Shown: positions 1 through 10,709, counted from the first letter of the stretch. The stretch: 64,000 nucleotides of DNA from Azolla caroliniana (GCA_043228905.1 JBHGNT010000013.1:12214001-12278000); one strand, 5' to 3'. The notes: generated by a model not told the origin, from the sequence alone. Made by a program: numbers and translations.

Positions 1-468
1 AATACTACCGAAATGTCTCGACGTATGGGTGTCGTGACAGTGCTGGACGATTTGAAGGCGACAGGAGCAATCGGGGACATATACGCGCTTTTTAAAGAAT
101 AACAAACCATCATGATATTCGAATTGTCGGTAGTCAATACTTGGTTGTTGAGACTTAGAACAGGATGCCCGAGAAGTATCAATGTGCGCCAGGATGTCTT
201 GAGCAAAACTATCCGTCTTCAAGGTTGCACGTATGTCATCGGTAATCCGTGAATCCATCGGGGTGTGAAAAATCCGCGTCGTGTGCAATCGTGTTGGTCC
301 CAAGATTACTTGCTTTTGATTATCAAATGTTTCATCACCAGGACGAGGTGCAAGATATGAACGCCGTGATAGTGCATCTGCTTTTCCTTGCTGCTTCCCC
401 GGTCGATATGTGATTTTGAAGTCGAAACGCGTGAGGAATTGCGCCCACTGAGCTTGCCGTCGATTTAG
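1..468 (-). pseudogene. Ty3/gypsy (chromovirus, Tcn1/Tf2-like) pol remnant, RNase H C-terminus; continues off the window
   Basis: Minus strand from 468 reads [36 protein letters not shown], which joins in frame to ...DHKNLAYFQNARVLN at ~10277 once element A and one TSD are removed. Confidence 0.85.
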
Positions 469-888
469 TGTTACCGGCCGGCAAGGAGTCCAAATTACGG
501 AGTGAAGGAATTAATTAGATATGGTTGTAGATAAGCATAGTGTGGACGGACGGACTGGAAACGGTATGCCGTTCCAGATCCGGACGGATCCCGAATAGGT
601 GCGAGAGGCACCGTTTTGTACTACGGGCCGGAAACCTATTTAAAGGCCCGGACCCTATTGTAATGACAGCGGATAATTAGTAGAGCTTATGTTGTTTATA
701 CTTCTGTCTTGATTTCCGTTCTGTAATCACTGTTATATCTTACGCGTGTAATTAACCAAAGCAATCTAATAGTGTAACCTACGTAAGTCGGTGTAATCGT
801 TGAATCTTAATCCTATGCCGTAATCACCCTTTGGTGAAGTGTCTCCGTGACACCTTGTGTTAGGCCTTGTCCGGTTAAGAGAGTAACA
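469..888 (+). repeat. 5' LTR of element A
   Basis: Direct repeat of 9852-10271 (one substitution noticed by eye); TATA-like CCTATTTAAA at ~636-645. Confidence 0.97.
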
Positions 889-894
889 CAGTTT

Positions 895-905
895 TGGCGA
901 CCACG
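895..905 (+). other. Primer-binding site of element A (tRNA-Arg-like)
   Basis: TGGCGACCACG 6 nt after the 5' LTR; same motif in element B (31782-31792, minus); ~10-nt match to a recalled tRNA-Arg(UCG) 3' end. Confidence 0.7.
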
Positions 906-939
906 ATTCCTGCTTTCTCGCAGCGAACGACGGTAATGG

Positions 940-3900
940 ATGACTAGACCAACGCACGACTTGGTTACAGACCGAGCTCGACGCATCGCCGAACGGCAAA
1001 GACGGCGTGAGACTTTCCAGCAAGCAGCGCAGGAAATTCGCTCAGATCGTTCATTCTCCAACGAGATCCGGAGAGTCGCGGAGGAATCTCTCCGGTTACG
1101 GCAAACTCGCGACCAGGACGACGGAAGCAGTCTAAGTAGTCTCCGGGAAACCGAACGACTCCTGGAGGCGCTGGCAAGCGGAGAAAATGAGGCAGAAGCC
1201 TTTTCAGCCTACGAATCGGATTCCGAAGGGGGATACAGCGTGCACACGAACTACCAGAGCAGCAACGATACCCCCGGCGGCCCGGAAGACGACGGGTCGG
1301 ATACCGTGCCGACTCCAGAACCGGAACCGCTCAACCAGGGCTATCCGGAATTGCAAACGGAAGCCGTCAACCCACCAACACCGGAAGTGGAAGAAGCAAA
1401 GCCACTAACACCAACGAAAGAGCCGGCAAAGGTACCGGAAGAAGAGCCGGAAAAAGAACCGGAAAAAGGACCGGCAGAAGAACCGGAAGTGGAACCGGAG
1501 AAAGAACCGGAAAAATATCAACAAACGCCACTACAGCGCGGCTTAATACTGGACGACGACATGCCGTTCCAATACTCAAAGTACCGCGATGATCCGGATG
1601 CGGAAGCGCATGTGGATGACTTCGAGCAGACATGGGAAGCAAATCACACGTCCCAGCGAATGACACCGGAGGAAGAAGAACGCTCGAAGATAGCGGAATT
1701 CGGAGTCACGTTGGAGGGACCAGCGACACGATGGCGGCGGTCGCAGGACCCGACGACCATCACAACATTTGCAGAATTAAAAGCAAAATTCTTGCATTTT
1801 TTCCACAAAGAGGTCGACCAGACGACAATGGTGGGCTTGATTTATACGATCCGGCAGGAGGCAGGGGAAAGCATACCCCAATTCGTCATCCGTTTCCAAC
1901 GAATGCATAGCCAGCTTGCCCGTGCACCCCCGGAGGAGGAATTACGGACGATATTTTTAAACGCACTCCGGGAACCGTTACGCACGGTGTGTACGGTGAT
2001 CGACTTTCGAGGATGCACCATCGATCAGGTCATTGACCAGGTCAGAGAAATGGAAAAGACAAGCTCATGGCTTACGCTGGGAACACTGCAACGGGCGTTA
2101 CCCACCGAGGAAGATCTCCGGTTCCGGCAGGCAATTCAATGCACAATCTGCTTGAATGCCGGACACTCGGCAGTAGAGTGCACCATGCGCACTCAGTGTG
2201 TGATTTGTCAATCCAAGAGTCATACAACGGACCGGTGCGAGTATAACCTGTTAAACCGACAAGCACCACCCATCCGACGGATCGAGCCAAGAAACAGCCA
2301 AGACGAAGAGGAAGATCGTTGGCAAAAAATGAACCGGTACCGACCGGCACAGGATGTCCGGTACGGAGACAGGCAAGAGAATGATGGCCGGTACGGGAAT
2401 CGGCGTGATAACTACGACCGGTATGAGCGATCGGACCGTTATCGAGAGCCCAACAGGCGACACGAGCAATACGACAGAGACCATTCCCCTGGTTACCGAA
2501 GGCACCAGGAGGACTACGGCCGATTTTACGATCCACCACGACCGGACTACCGAAATAAACATAAGAATAATAAGAAACGTAATTTCAAGAAAGGTGGTCA
2601 CCCTAGGGACCCGGAACATGGAACCCCAAGGAGCCAACCGGCACAGAACGCACCACTCGCTACGGGACCGACTCCGGCTACCAGCAATGCTGAATCCAGC
2701 AATACCCGTAAAGAGTACTGCTACTACTGCAGGCAGGAAGGCCACTACAGTAACCAGTGCCCGGTAAAGAGCTACGAGAAACGACCAGCAGTTAATATGG
2801 TGGTGGCGGATTTACAGCAAGTAACCACACGGTCGAAAGGCATGGCCAAAGAATGGGAAACACAAGAGGCCATACGAAAACAGGCGACGGAATGGGTGAA
2901 GGAAGCCAATGCAAGAAACGTCGCGGACGCGGAACGGCAAAAGGCGAAGACCATAGGGAGTACCGGCGGTAGCCACCCAGAAAACGAGACATGGCAAGCA
3001 CTACAAGAATGTCAGATCACGTTACCACTAGGAAGACTCTTGCAGCTCGTGCCGCGATTCACAGAAGGACTAAAAACGGTCATGACAGACGGTATAGCTC
3101 CACCGGCACCAGTCCTTTTCTCGAATCCGGAGGAGGGACCGACGGTGGTGGACACTAGTAGTCCGGTGATCACAGCTATTGTCAAAGGGCACGAACTTCC
3201 CGGCACAGTAATCGATGGAGGTTCCGGAGTGAACGTAATAAGCCTTCGCACGTGTGATGCCTTGGGTATACATGAATGGGAGCCATGTCCGTTCTGGCTA
3301 CGGATGGCGGATACGAGCTCTGTACGGCCGACGGGCTTAATACGGAAATTGGAAGTCACCATAGGAGGCCACACATTTCACATCTCGGCTGTAGTGCTGC
3401 AGCTACAGGCGCAAGGCGCGTACCCACTGCTGCTGGGCAGACCATGGTTGAAAACAGCACACATCAAGCAAAATTGGCGAAAAAATATGATTACCTTCCG
3501 GCGCGGAAAAGCCAAGGTCCGGGTACCGACACAACCACGGACGAGCAACGGTAAGGAATGCACACCGCTGTATGCGGAATGTGTGAACATGCTTGAAGGA
3601 TTGGCGGACGACGAAGAAGCCCAGTACTTGGAGGAACATCCGAAGATCGTACCACTCTTCGAGATTGACGTAGCTGAAGCCGTAGCCGCATACTTGCCGC
3701 AGCGGGACGACACCGAAGCCGAACCAGACAAAGATGCGATTCGGGAATTACGGCAAGCACAGGAAGCGTTGGAACGGGAAATGGCCGTTTCCCAACGGGT
3801 AAAAGCATCCCAGCTCGACGAAGTGAACCTAGGAAGCAAAGACGAATCAAAGCCGGTACACATCGCCAAAGAAATGAAGCCGGAAGATAAAGCGGCGATG

Positions 3901-6795
3901 ATCAAACTTCTCACGGAGTTTCGCGACGTATTCGCCTGGTCATACGAAGACATGCGAGGGCTGGACCCTCAATTATATCAGCATCAGATCCACTTAGGCA
4001 AGGACGCGAAACCAGTGGCGCAACGAAGATATCGAATGAACCCCAACTACGCCGCCAAAGTAAAAGAGGAAATCGACAAACTCCTAAGAGTGGGCTTTAT
4101 CCGGCCGGTAAAGAAAGCGACGTGGCTGAGCCCCATCGTCGTCGTCCCAAAGAAGAACGGTAAAATCCGTGTGTGTGTAGATTACCGGAAACTAAATGCC
4201 GCCACAATTACGGATGCATTCCCGCTTCCGTTCACGGACGGAGTACTGGATGCCGTCGCCGGTCATGAAGTTTATAGCTTTTTAGACGGGTTCAGCGGGT
4301 ACAATCAAATCCGGATGCACCCGGACAACCAGGAAAAGACAGCGTTTGTCACCGAATGGGGGGTGTTCGTGGCAGAAGTCATGATGTTCGGCCTAAAAAC
4401 GGCACCAGCAACTTTCCAGCGAATTATCATGGAGATCTTCGGCGAATACATCCCTGCCTTCATGCAAGTTTTCCTGGATGATTTTGCAGTCTATAGCCGG
4501 GGAAAAGACCATTTGCAGCACCTACGGTTATGCCTTGAAAAGTGTAGGTTATACCGGCTAAGCTTAAACCCAGCAAAATGCATCTTTGGGGTTTCAAGTG
4601 GAATATTGCTGGGACACATCGTAAGTAAGGAGGGCATTGCGGTCGACCCGGACAAAGTAAACGCCATACTAGGGGCACCGGCGCCGAAAACGGCCAAAGC
4701 ACTAAGCCGATTCCTAGGACAAATCCGGTGGCACAGCCGGATGCTCCGTCACTTGGCGGACTTGGCGACACCATTACACACCGCGGTACATCGGACACCG
4801 TTCCAATGGACGGATACGGAGGATAAGGCATACAATGCCCTGAAGGTTCTTTTATCGCAAGCACCCGTCGTGCAGCCTCCGGATTGGAGCAAGGAATTTC
4901 ACGTGTTCGTGGACGCGTCCGACATCACTATTGGCAGCGCCTTAATGCAGCTTACGGAGCCCAAATGGTACCGGCCGGTATATTACGCCAGCCGGAAGCT
5001 GTCCCAAGCGGAGAAGAACTATTCAACGACGGAACGGGAGGCTCTGGGCATGATCTACAGTGTAACAAAGTTTCGTCACTACCTATTGGGAAGGAAGTTC
5101 TCCTTCCATGTGGATCACTCGGCGCTCCTCTACTTAGTTTCCAAGGCGTCCCTGACCGGTAAGTTGGCCCGTTGGACCTTACTGTTGCAGGAGTTCGAAT
5201 TCGAGATTTTTCACCGGCCCGGTATCCAGCATGCCGTAGCAGACTACCTGAGCCGGTTAGAGTCCGGAGAACCAGGCGACGGAGTAGCGGATGAATTTCC
5301 GGACGCGGAGTTATTCCGTATCACCCCGGAAACGGCAGCGGACGACACGGTGGCATCAGAAGATAAATGGCTGACAAACATGCACCAGTTCCTAAGCACG
5401 GGCCTGCCACCGGAGGAAATGAACCGGGACGAGAGGAAACGACTGGCGGTGCAGAGCCGCAATTTCTGTCTGTTACGGGACACTCTCTACCACAAAGGAG
5501 CAGATGGAATATGGAGACGGGCAGTCCGTAGTGACGAGAAAGAAGTAATCTTACGGGAAGCACACTGTGGGGTTGCCGGAGGACACTATGCCGGGGAAGC
5601 GACGGCAAGAAAGGTATGGCAGAGCGGCTTATGGTGGCCCACGACGCTAAAAGATGCCGTCAAGTATGCTAAGGAATGTGACCTATGCCAACGAATGGGC
5701 CAGCCTACGGAGCAAGCACGGATGCCACACCAACCGGTACTTCCACTAGAGCCATTCCAGAAGTGGGGATTGGATTTTGTCGGACCGTTCAAGCCACCGG
5801 CAATGAGAACGGGTAATCGTTATGTCATCGTGGCAACGGATTATTGCACGAAATGGGTGGAAGCTAAGGCCCTGAGAGACAACACCGCGTCATCCACAGC
5901 AAAATTCCTGTACGAGAACATTTGGTGCCGATATGGATGTCCAATTGAACTGATCAGCGACCAAGGAGGGCATTTCCTCGGCCAGGTAGTGGAAAGCTTA
6001 ACAACGTTCTATGCCGTGGTTCATAAACGGAGCACACCGTACTACCCACAGGCGAACGGGTTAGCGGAGTCCACCAACAAAACGCTGCAGAACATTCTAC
6101 GCAAAATCGTCAACGAAAACCGGACGGACTGGGACACAAAGCTCCATAGTGCGCTATGGGCGTACCGAACGGCATACAAAACAAGTATCCGGACAACGCC
6201 GTTCCGGCTAGCATTCGGCTTAGAAGCGGTCATGCCGGTCGAGTTTCAGGTACCAAGCTTACGGATCCAACTACGGGAACGGCTGAATGAAAAGAAGTCG
6301 GAGGAAATACGGCTAGCAGCACTATGCGAACTGGAGGAGCAACGGCTGGCCAGCATCCTACACATGGAACTGGAGCAACGACGACGGAAAGCGTTCGTTG
6401 ACCGGCACCGGAAAGGTAATGAGAAAATGTTCGAAATCGGAAAGCCGGTGCTAGTATTCCAAACGAGGATGGGCAAGATGCCGGGTAAACTCCGGTTCAG
6501 ATGGACAGGCCCGTATTGGCTGACACGGGAATACAACGGGTCCTATCAGATAGGGACACTTGCCGGGGAAGTAGTAGGCAAGTGGGTGAATGGATTTCGA
6601 CTAAAGCCCTATAATGGACCGATGCCAAAGAACCCGTTTATGCGGCTCACCGGCACTACACCAGGAACCTGCCCGGGATCGGTACGGATCGATCCGGAAG
6701 AAAAAGACGACGGGGAACCCGTAGTAGAGACGAAGGAAGACACGGCAACCCGTAAGGAAAACGGTCAGGGTCCGAAGGGACCTACGGATATGTAA
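940..6795 (+). CDS. Gag-Pol polyprotein, 1951 aa
   Basis: CCHC knuckles (CTICLNAGHSAVEC, CVICQSKSHTTDRC, CYYCRQEGHYSNQC), protease IDGGSGVN, RT VDYRKLN...FLDDF, RNase H VDASD...TTEREAL, integrase HHCC + WGLDFVGP...ISDQG...AESTN. Confidence 0.97.
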   Translation: MTRPTHDLVTDRARRIAERQRRRETFQQAAQEIRSDRSFSNEIRRVAEESLRLRQTRDQDDGSSLSSLRETERLLEALASGENEAEAFSAYESDSEGGYSVHTNYQSSNDTPGGPEDDGSDTVPTPEPEPLNQGYPELQTEAVNPPTPEVEEAKPLTPTKEPAKVPEEEPEKEPEKGPAEEPEVEPEKEPEKYQQTPLQRGLILDDDMPFQYSKYRDDPDAEAHVDDFEQTWEANHTSQRMTPEEEERSKIAEFGVTLEGPATRWRRSQDPTTITTFAELKAKFLHFFHKEVDQTTMVGLIYTIRQEAGESIPQFVIRFQRMHSQLARAPPEEELRTIFLNALREPLRTVCTVIDFRGCTIDQVIDQVREMEKTSSWLTLGTLQRALPTEEDLRFRQAIQCTICLNAGHSAVECTMRTQCVICQSKSHTTDRCEYNLLNRQAPPIRRIEPRNSQDEEEDRWQKMNRYRPAQDVRYGDRQENDGRYGNRRDNYDRYERSDRYREPNRRHEQYDRDHSPGYRRHQEDYGRFYDPPRPDYRNKHKNNKKRNFKKGGHPRDPEHGTPRSQPAQNAPLATGPTPATSNAESSNTRKEYCYYCRQEGHYSNQCPVKSYEKRPAVNMVVADLQQVTTRSKGMAKEWETQEAIRKQATEWVKEANARNVADAERQKAKTIGSTGGSHPENETWQALQECQITLPLGRLLQLVPRFTEGLKTVMTDGIAPPAPVLFSNPEEGPTVVDTSSPVITAIVKGHELPGTVIDGGSGVNVISLRTCDALGIHEWEPCPFWLRMADTSSVRPTGLIRKLEVTIGGHTFHISAVVLQLQAQGAYPLLLGRPWLKTAHIKQNWRKNMITFRRGKAKVRVPTQPRTSNGKECTPLYAECVNMLEGLADDEEAQYLEEHPKIVPLFEIDVAEAVAAYLPQRDDTEAEPDKDAIRELRQAQEALEREMAVSQRVKASQLDEVNLGSKDESKPVHIAKEMKPEDKAAMIKLLTEFRDVFAWSYEDMRGLDPQLYQHQIHLGKDAKPVAQRRYRMNPNYAAKVKEEIDKLLRVGFIRPVKKATWLSPIVVVPKKNGKIRVCVDYRKLNAATITDAFPLPFTDGVLDAVAGHEVYSFLDGFSGYNQIRMHPDNQEKTAFVTEWGVFVAEVMMFGLKTAPATFQRIIMEIFGEYIPAFMQVFLDDFAVYSRGKDHLQHLRLCLEKCRLYRLSLNPAKCIFGVSSGILLGHIVSKEGIAVDPDKVNAILGAPAPKTAKALSRFLGQIRWHSRMLRHLADLATPLHTAVHRTPFQWTDTEDKAYNALKVLLSQAPVVQPPDWSKEFHVFVDASDITIGSALMQLTEPKWYRPVYYASRKLSQAEKNYSTTEREALGMIYSVTKFRHYLLGRKFSFHVDHSALLYLVSKASLTGKLARWTLLLQEFEFEIFHRPGIQHAVADYLSRLESGEPGDGVADEFPDAELFRITPETAADDTVASEDKWLTNMHQFLSTGLPPEEMNRDERKRLAVQSRNFCLLRDTLYHKGADGIWRRAVRSDEKEVILREAHCGVAGGHYAGEATARKVWQSGLWWPTTLKDAVKYAKECDLCQRMGQPTEQARMPHQPVLPLEPFQKWGLDFVGPFKPPAMRTGNRYVIVATDYCTKWVEAKALRDNTASSTAKFLYENIWCRYGCPIELISDQGGHFLGQVVESLTTFYAVVHKRSTPYYPQANGLAESTNKTLQNILRKIVNENRTDWDTKLHSALWAYRTAYKTSIRTTPFRLAFGLEAVMPVEFQVPSLRIQLRERLNEKKSEEIRLAALCELEEQRLASILHMELEQRRRKAFVDRHRKGNEKMFEIGKPVLVFQTRMGKMPGKLRFRWTGPYWLTREYNGSYQIGTLAGEVVGKWVNGFRLKPYNGPMPKNPFMRLTGTTPGTCPGSVRIDPEEKDDGEPVVETKEDTATRKENGQGPKGPTDM

Positions 6796-6994
6796 GGTCA
6801 CACACCGTCATTAAAAAAAAAAAAAAAAAAAAAAAAAAACATTAAAAATCGAGGTATGAACGGGTGTGAAAGCGAGGCGCGAAAAGGTACGTAGTGGGCA
6901 TTTAAGAGACGCCACGCTACTTAATACTAAATTGGTACACGACGTGTGCATGCTCGAAAAAGGCGCCAAAACGCACAAAGAAGAAACAGAACGC

Positions 6995-9799
6995 ATGGAG
7001 ACCTTTTCATTTCGCGAGCCAAGAAGCACAGAAGCACCAAGACAGTGGAAGCTGAGCAAACGCGAACCTGCACGCAGAGAACCCCCGCGCTCAGAACGCT
7101 CTCTCTCTCGCTCTCACTCTCATCACCACTCTACCTCGCCATCGTCTCTCGACCTTGAAGCAGACATGGAACCACAAACACTGTCGGAAGCGGCCAGGAA
7201 ATGGTTCAGGCAAAACGGACTGGAGGGGTTCTTGGCCATCATGGAGGCACCGCCGCACAGAGAAGCCGACCGGGTCATCAAGGAGCTCGCCACAGAGGTC
7301 ATCACCGAGGAAGCGATCCGCGCGCTAACAGGCCTTCCGGAGGGAGGAATCTTTCAGATCGATAACCCAACCTCGGAGCAACTCACCCGATATTTCGGTG
7401 AGTACTCTGTTGCCGGCAAAGGCTATCGGACGCAGGGCGGCGAAGATCCGCTATTCAGGGAGATAGCTCGAGTGCTCCATGAGTACGGTCACGTGTACCC
7501 CCGACCCCCTGTCATGCCAAAAAATCGGGCAGGGATGATCATAGCCACCTATGAAGGGGTCAAGGTGGACTGGCCGGTGTTGATTGCAGACGGGTTGTGC
7601 ATGGCAATCGACATGGTACGAGGGAAGGACGGCAAGGAGGGCCGGAAGCTGTGGCACGCCGTAGCTCAATGGATAACATTGCTCGTGCCGCCGGTCGAGA
7701 CCGTCCAGCCAAAGAAGCGGCCAAGAGTATCGGAAGGAAGCACCTCGAAGCCGGCGTCCAAACGACAGCAGCTGCTGGCGTCGAAGGCGACGAAAGGGAA
7801 GAAACGGGTCCCAGAACCGGAGGAGGTGTCACCGGTCCGACCCGTCAAGATAACCTTACGGAGACCAGGACAGAAGGAACCGGAACCCTTGACGGCACAG
7901 AAACATGCCGTGACACAGGAAGAGGAAACGGAGGAGCCAGAAGAGCACCTCCAACGACGGTCGAGAAGTAGGACCGCCGAGACAGGAGGGGAGCGGTCGT
8001 ACCCGCGAGAGGCAGAAACGCCCCCAACTCAACCTGAGCAAACCACAAGGGAAGAACCGGAACCGGTGCGTAGGGAACCGGTCTTGTCGACTTCTATAGA
8101 AGAAGTCAGTCCAACGGCTCCGGAAACGGCGAGAACCGGAACTCAACAGCCGGCGAGCCCAGCCAGAGCACACGGCGGCCAAGGAGTAGAACCAGAACGG
8201 CATATGCAGGCAATCAGGCCAGACAATTCCACGGTGAATGAGCCGACCCGACCAGTACAGCAACAGGGCACCAGTAGCATGTGGCTACGGTGGGTAGGCG
8301 AGCAAATCGCCGGAGTGGTCGAGTATATAGAGGCGGAAGAGAGAGCGCACCAGGAACGGTTGCTCGTCACAACCGTAGATCTAGAGACGGCCCGGTCCAG
8401 AATCCGGAGCCTTGAACAAGACTTGGACAGGGTCACAAGGGAAACACAAGTCCAAGCACCGGTGACTCCGGGCAATGTACAGAATAAAGTGTCAAATCAC
8501 CCTGTACATAGCAATCAAACCCCGGCAACGGAAACCGTTTCGGAGAGAAATGCGGCACAAGCCCAAGAGCTTGCGGATTTAAAGGATGAGCTAGCTGCCC
8601 AAGAAGCGCTGAGGAGCCGCGAAAGAGAATTGAAGACGGCAGCGGAGGCAGAACTCAAAAAGACTGCTGAGAATCTACGCCGGGCCGAGGAGAGCTTACG
8701 GAAAGGCCACCAAGCATACGACCGGCTCAAGGAGGAGAAGGAGAAAATGCTGCAAGAGAAGGAGAGGCTCCGGAGGAACGCTGAAACAGAAGTAGAGAGC
8801 CTGAAAGAGGAACTCCGGCAGGTAAAGGACCGGGAGGACCGGAACCATCGCCAGATCAACGGCAAGCTCAAACAAAAAACGGAGGAATTTGAGCAATTGC
8901 ACCGGGAGTATAAACGGTTGCAAACGGAGCACAAGGAACGGACGGATGAGCTCCGGCAAGCAGTTGATCGGACCGCAACCGCATTCGCTAAGGAACAAGC
9001 GGAAAACAGAAGACGGTTGGAAGAGGCGGAGAAGGTTCGGACAGAGCTCCTCAGGCAACAGCAGGCGGAAAAAGAAAGAGCGGCAGAGGTACTGCAGAGG
9101 CTGCAAACGACATATCAAGGGCAGCTGACGCGCTACAGAGAGCAGGCGGAGGATATGGCAAACCTCATCAAGCAGTTGAAGGAGGAGCGACAAGTGGTGG
9201 AAAGCAGAGCTCAAATGGGAGCAAGTCGCATCCAAGATATAATGCGGGCCTGGTTGAACCAGACCAAGAGTTTGATTGACAACGGTTCCGTCAAATGGTG
9301 GACCAAGTGGGCCACGAACGCGGCGGAACTCCAATTGCTCCGGGCTGACGTAGAGAACCGGCGGAAGGAGGGAGATGATTGCTATATGCTGACTTCCGAA
9401 GACTTCACCGGCATAAGGGATGAGCTTGCCGAAGACTTTCAAGCCTTGGCAGAGGACCAACTAGAGCAAGTCCGGCAACTTGTAGCTCAGCTGGACGACG
9501 ACAGGCTGGAGGCGCAGATCCAGTTTGAAAGCTACGAGAGGTCCCGGCTCCGGGGAGAGAAAGAACGAGAACCAGTTACGGTCAACCTCAGTGATGAGGA
9601 ACCGTTACTGGAAGGAGACCGAACCGGAAGCAGTCAAACGGAGATGCCGGAGCCAGAGAGACAAACGGAGCAGCCGGCGCAACCTCAGTCCCAACCGCAA
9701 CCACAGCAGCAGCAGCAAGCACAGCCGCAACAACCACAACCGGAAGAACAAGTGGAAATTCTTGAACAAAGTAATTTGGACAATTTGGGTGAACAATGA
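6995..9799 (+). CDS. Extra 3' ORF of element A: conserved N-terminal domain, Pro/Glu-rich linker, long coiled coil
   Basis: Open frame 6866-9799; ATG at 6995 (METFSFRE) chosen because element B has MEVFTFRE; homologous decayed ORF in B. Confidence 0.85.
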   Translation: METFSFREPRSTEAPRQWKLSKREPARREPPRSERSLSRSHSHHHSTSPSSLDLEADMEPQTLSEAARKWFRQNGLEGFLAIMEAPPHREADRVIKELATEVITEEAIRALTGLPEGGIFQIDNPTSEQLTRYFGEYSVAGKGYRTQGGEDPLFREIARVLHEYGHVYPRPPVMPKNRAGMIIATYEGVKVDWPVLIADGLCMAIDMVRGKDGKEGRKLWHAVAQWITLLVPPVETVQPKKRPRVSEGSTSKPASKRQQLLASKATKGKKRVPEPEEVSPVRPVKITLRRPGQKEPEPLTAQKHAVTQEEETEEPEEHLQRRSRSRTAETGGERSYPREAETPPTQPEQTTREEPEPVRREPVLSTSIEEVSPTAPETARTGTQQPASPARAHGGQGVEPERHMQAIRPDNSTVNEPTRPVQQQGTSSMWLRWVGEQIAGVVEYIEAEERAHQERLLVTTVDLETARSRIRSLEQDLDRVTRETQVQAPVTPGNVQNKVSNHPVHSNQTPATETVSERNAAQAQELADLKDELAAQEALRSRERELKTAAEAELKKTAENLRRAEESLRKGHQAYDRLKEEKEKMLQEKERLRRNAETEVESLKEELRQVKDREDRNHRQINGKLKQKTEEFEQLHREYKRLQTEHKERTDELRQAVDRTATAFAKEQAENRRRLEEAEKVRTELLRQQQAEKERAAEVLQRLQTTYQGQLTRYREQAEDMANLIKQLKEERQVVESRAQMGASRIQDIMRAWLNQTKSLIDNGSVKWWTKWATNAAELQLLRADVENRRKEGDDCYMLTSEDFTGIRDELAEDFQALAEDQLEQVRQLVAQLDDDRLEAQIQFESYERSRLRGEKEREPVTVNLSDEEPLLEGDRTGSSQTEMPEPERQTEQPAQPQSQPQPQQQQQAQPQQPQPEEQVEILEQSNLDNLGEQ

Positions 9800-9832
9800 A
9801 GGGGCCGAGAAGGGTTCGACGTACAAGGTACT

Positions 9833-9849
9833 GTCCCACGGGCGTGCCA
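9833..9849 (-). other. Inverted PBS-like site (TGGCACGCCCGTGGGAC) in the position of the PPT of element A
   Basis: 2 nt from the 3' LTR; identical 17-mer in element B at 11438-11454; no purine tract adjacent to the LTR. Confidence 0.75.
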
Positions 9850-9851
9850 TG

Positions 9852-10271
9852 TGTTACCGGCCGGCAAGGAGTCCAAATTACGGAGTGAAGGAATTAATTA
9901 GATATGGTTGTAGATAAGCATAGTGTGGACGGACGGACTGGAAACGGTATGCCGTTCCAGATCCGGACGGATCCCGAATAGGTGCGAGAGGCACCGTTTT
10001 GTACTACGGGCCGGAAACCTATTTAAAGGCCCGGACCCTATTGTAATGACAGCGGATAATTAGTAGAGCTTATGTTGTTTATACTTCTGTCTTGATTTCC
10101 GTTCTGTAATCACTGTTATATCTTACGCGTGTAATTAACCAAAGCAATCTAATAGTGTAACCTACGTAAGTCGGTGTAATCGTTGAATCTTAATCCTATG
10201 CCGTAATCACCCTTTGGTGAAGTGTCTCCGTGACACCTTGTGTTAGGCCTTGTCCGGCTAAGAGAGTAACA
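9852..10271 (+). repeat. 3' LTR of element A
   Basis: Direct repeat of 469-888 followed by TSD TTTAG. Confidence 0.97.
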
Positions 10272-10276
10272 TTTAG

Positions 10277-10709
10277 TACACGAGCGTTCTGAAAATAAGC
10301 AAGATTTTTATGATCGCTAAAGACAATGACCTGATGTGGAGAGCCCTCTAAGAAATGCCGCCATTGCACAAATGAATCCATGATGGCTAATAACTCCTTG
10401 TCATGTATTTCGTAGTTGATTTCTGCGACATCGAATTTGCGCGAATGGAAAGCCACCGGATGCAACTCTTCTTTATCTCCTTGTTGAGAAAGGATGCTAC
10501 AGAGGGCAAAATCTGATGCGTCGGCCTCCATGATGAATGGTTTGCTTGTATCCACATGAGCTAGAATCGGTGCTGATGTAAAGGCTTTTTGAAGATGCCG
10601 AAAAGCCATATCTGCTTCGATGGACCAAAGAAATGCTTGGCCCTTCTTCGTAAGTTGTGTGAGAGGTAAAATAATCTTCGAGTAATCCTGTATAAACTTA
10701 CGGTAGAAG
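10277..10709 (-). pseudogene. Chromovirus-type pol remnant (RT C-terminus/RNase H), target of element A
   Basis: FYRKFIQDYS...APILAH...EADASDFAL...VAFHSRKF...NYEIHDKELLAI...DHKNL. Confidence 0.88.

Larger units (their letters stand above)
469..10271 (+). mobile_element. Element A: intact young Ty3/gypsy LTR retrotransposon (non-chromovirus, Athila-like pol) with extra 3' ORF
   Basis: 420-bp LTRs TGTTAC...GTAACA, 5-bp TSD TTTAG (464-468 and 10272-10276), uninterrupted gag-PR-RT-RH-IN ORF, second long ORF; no chromodomain or extra RNase H seen. Confidence 0.97.

Noticed and set aside
8696-9460. Long antisense ORFs (e.g. 8696-9460, 30876-31643, 54008-54634)
   Set aside because: Shadows of biased coiled-coil or low-complexity coding on the opposite strand; no motifs.
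6866-9799. Envelope gene call for ORF2
   Set aside because: No signal peptide or hydrophobic transmembrane stretch is visible.
9798-9814. Canonical PPT of element A
   Set aside because: Interrupted by CC, ~38 nt from the LTR edge and not conserved as a purine run in B.
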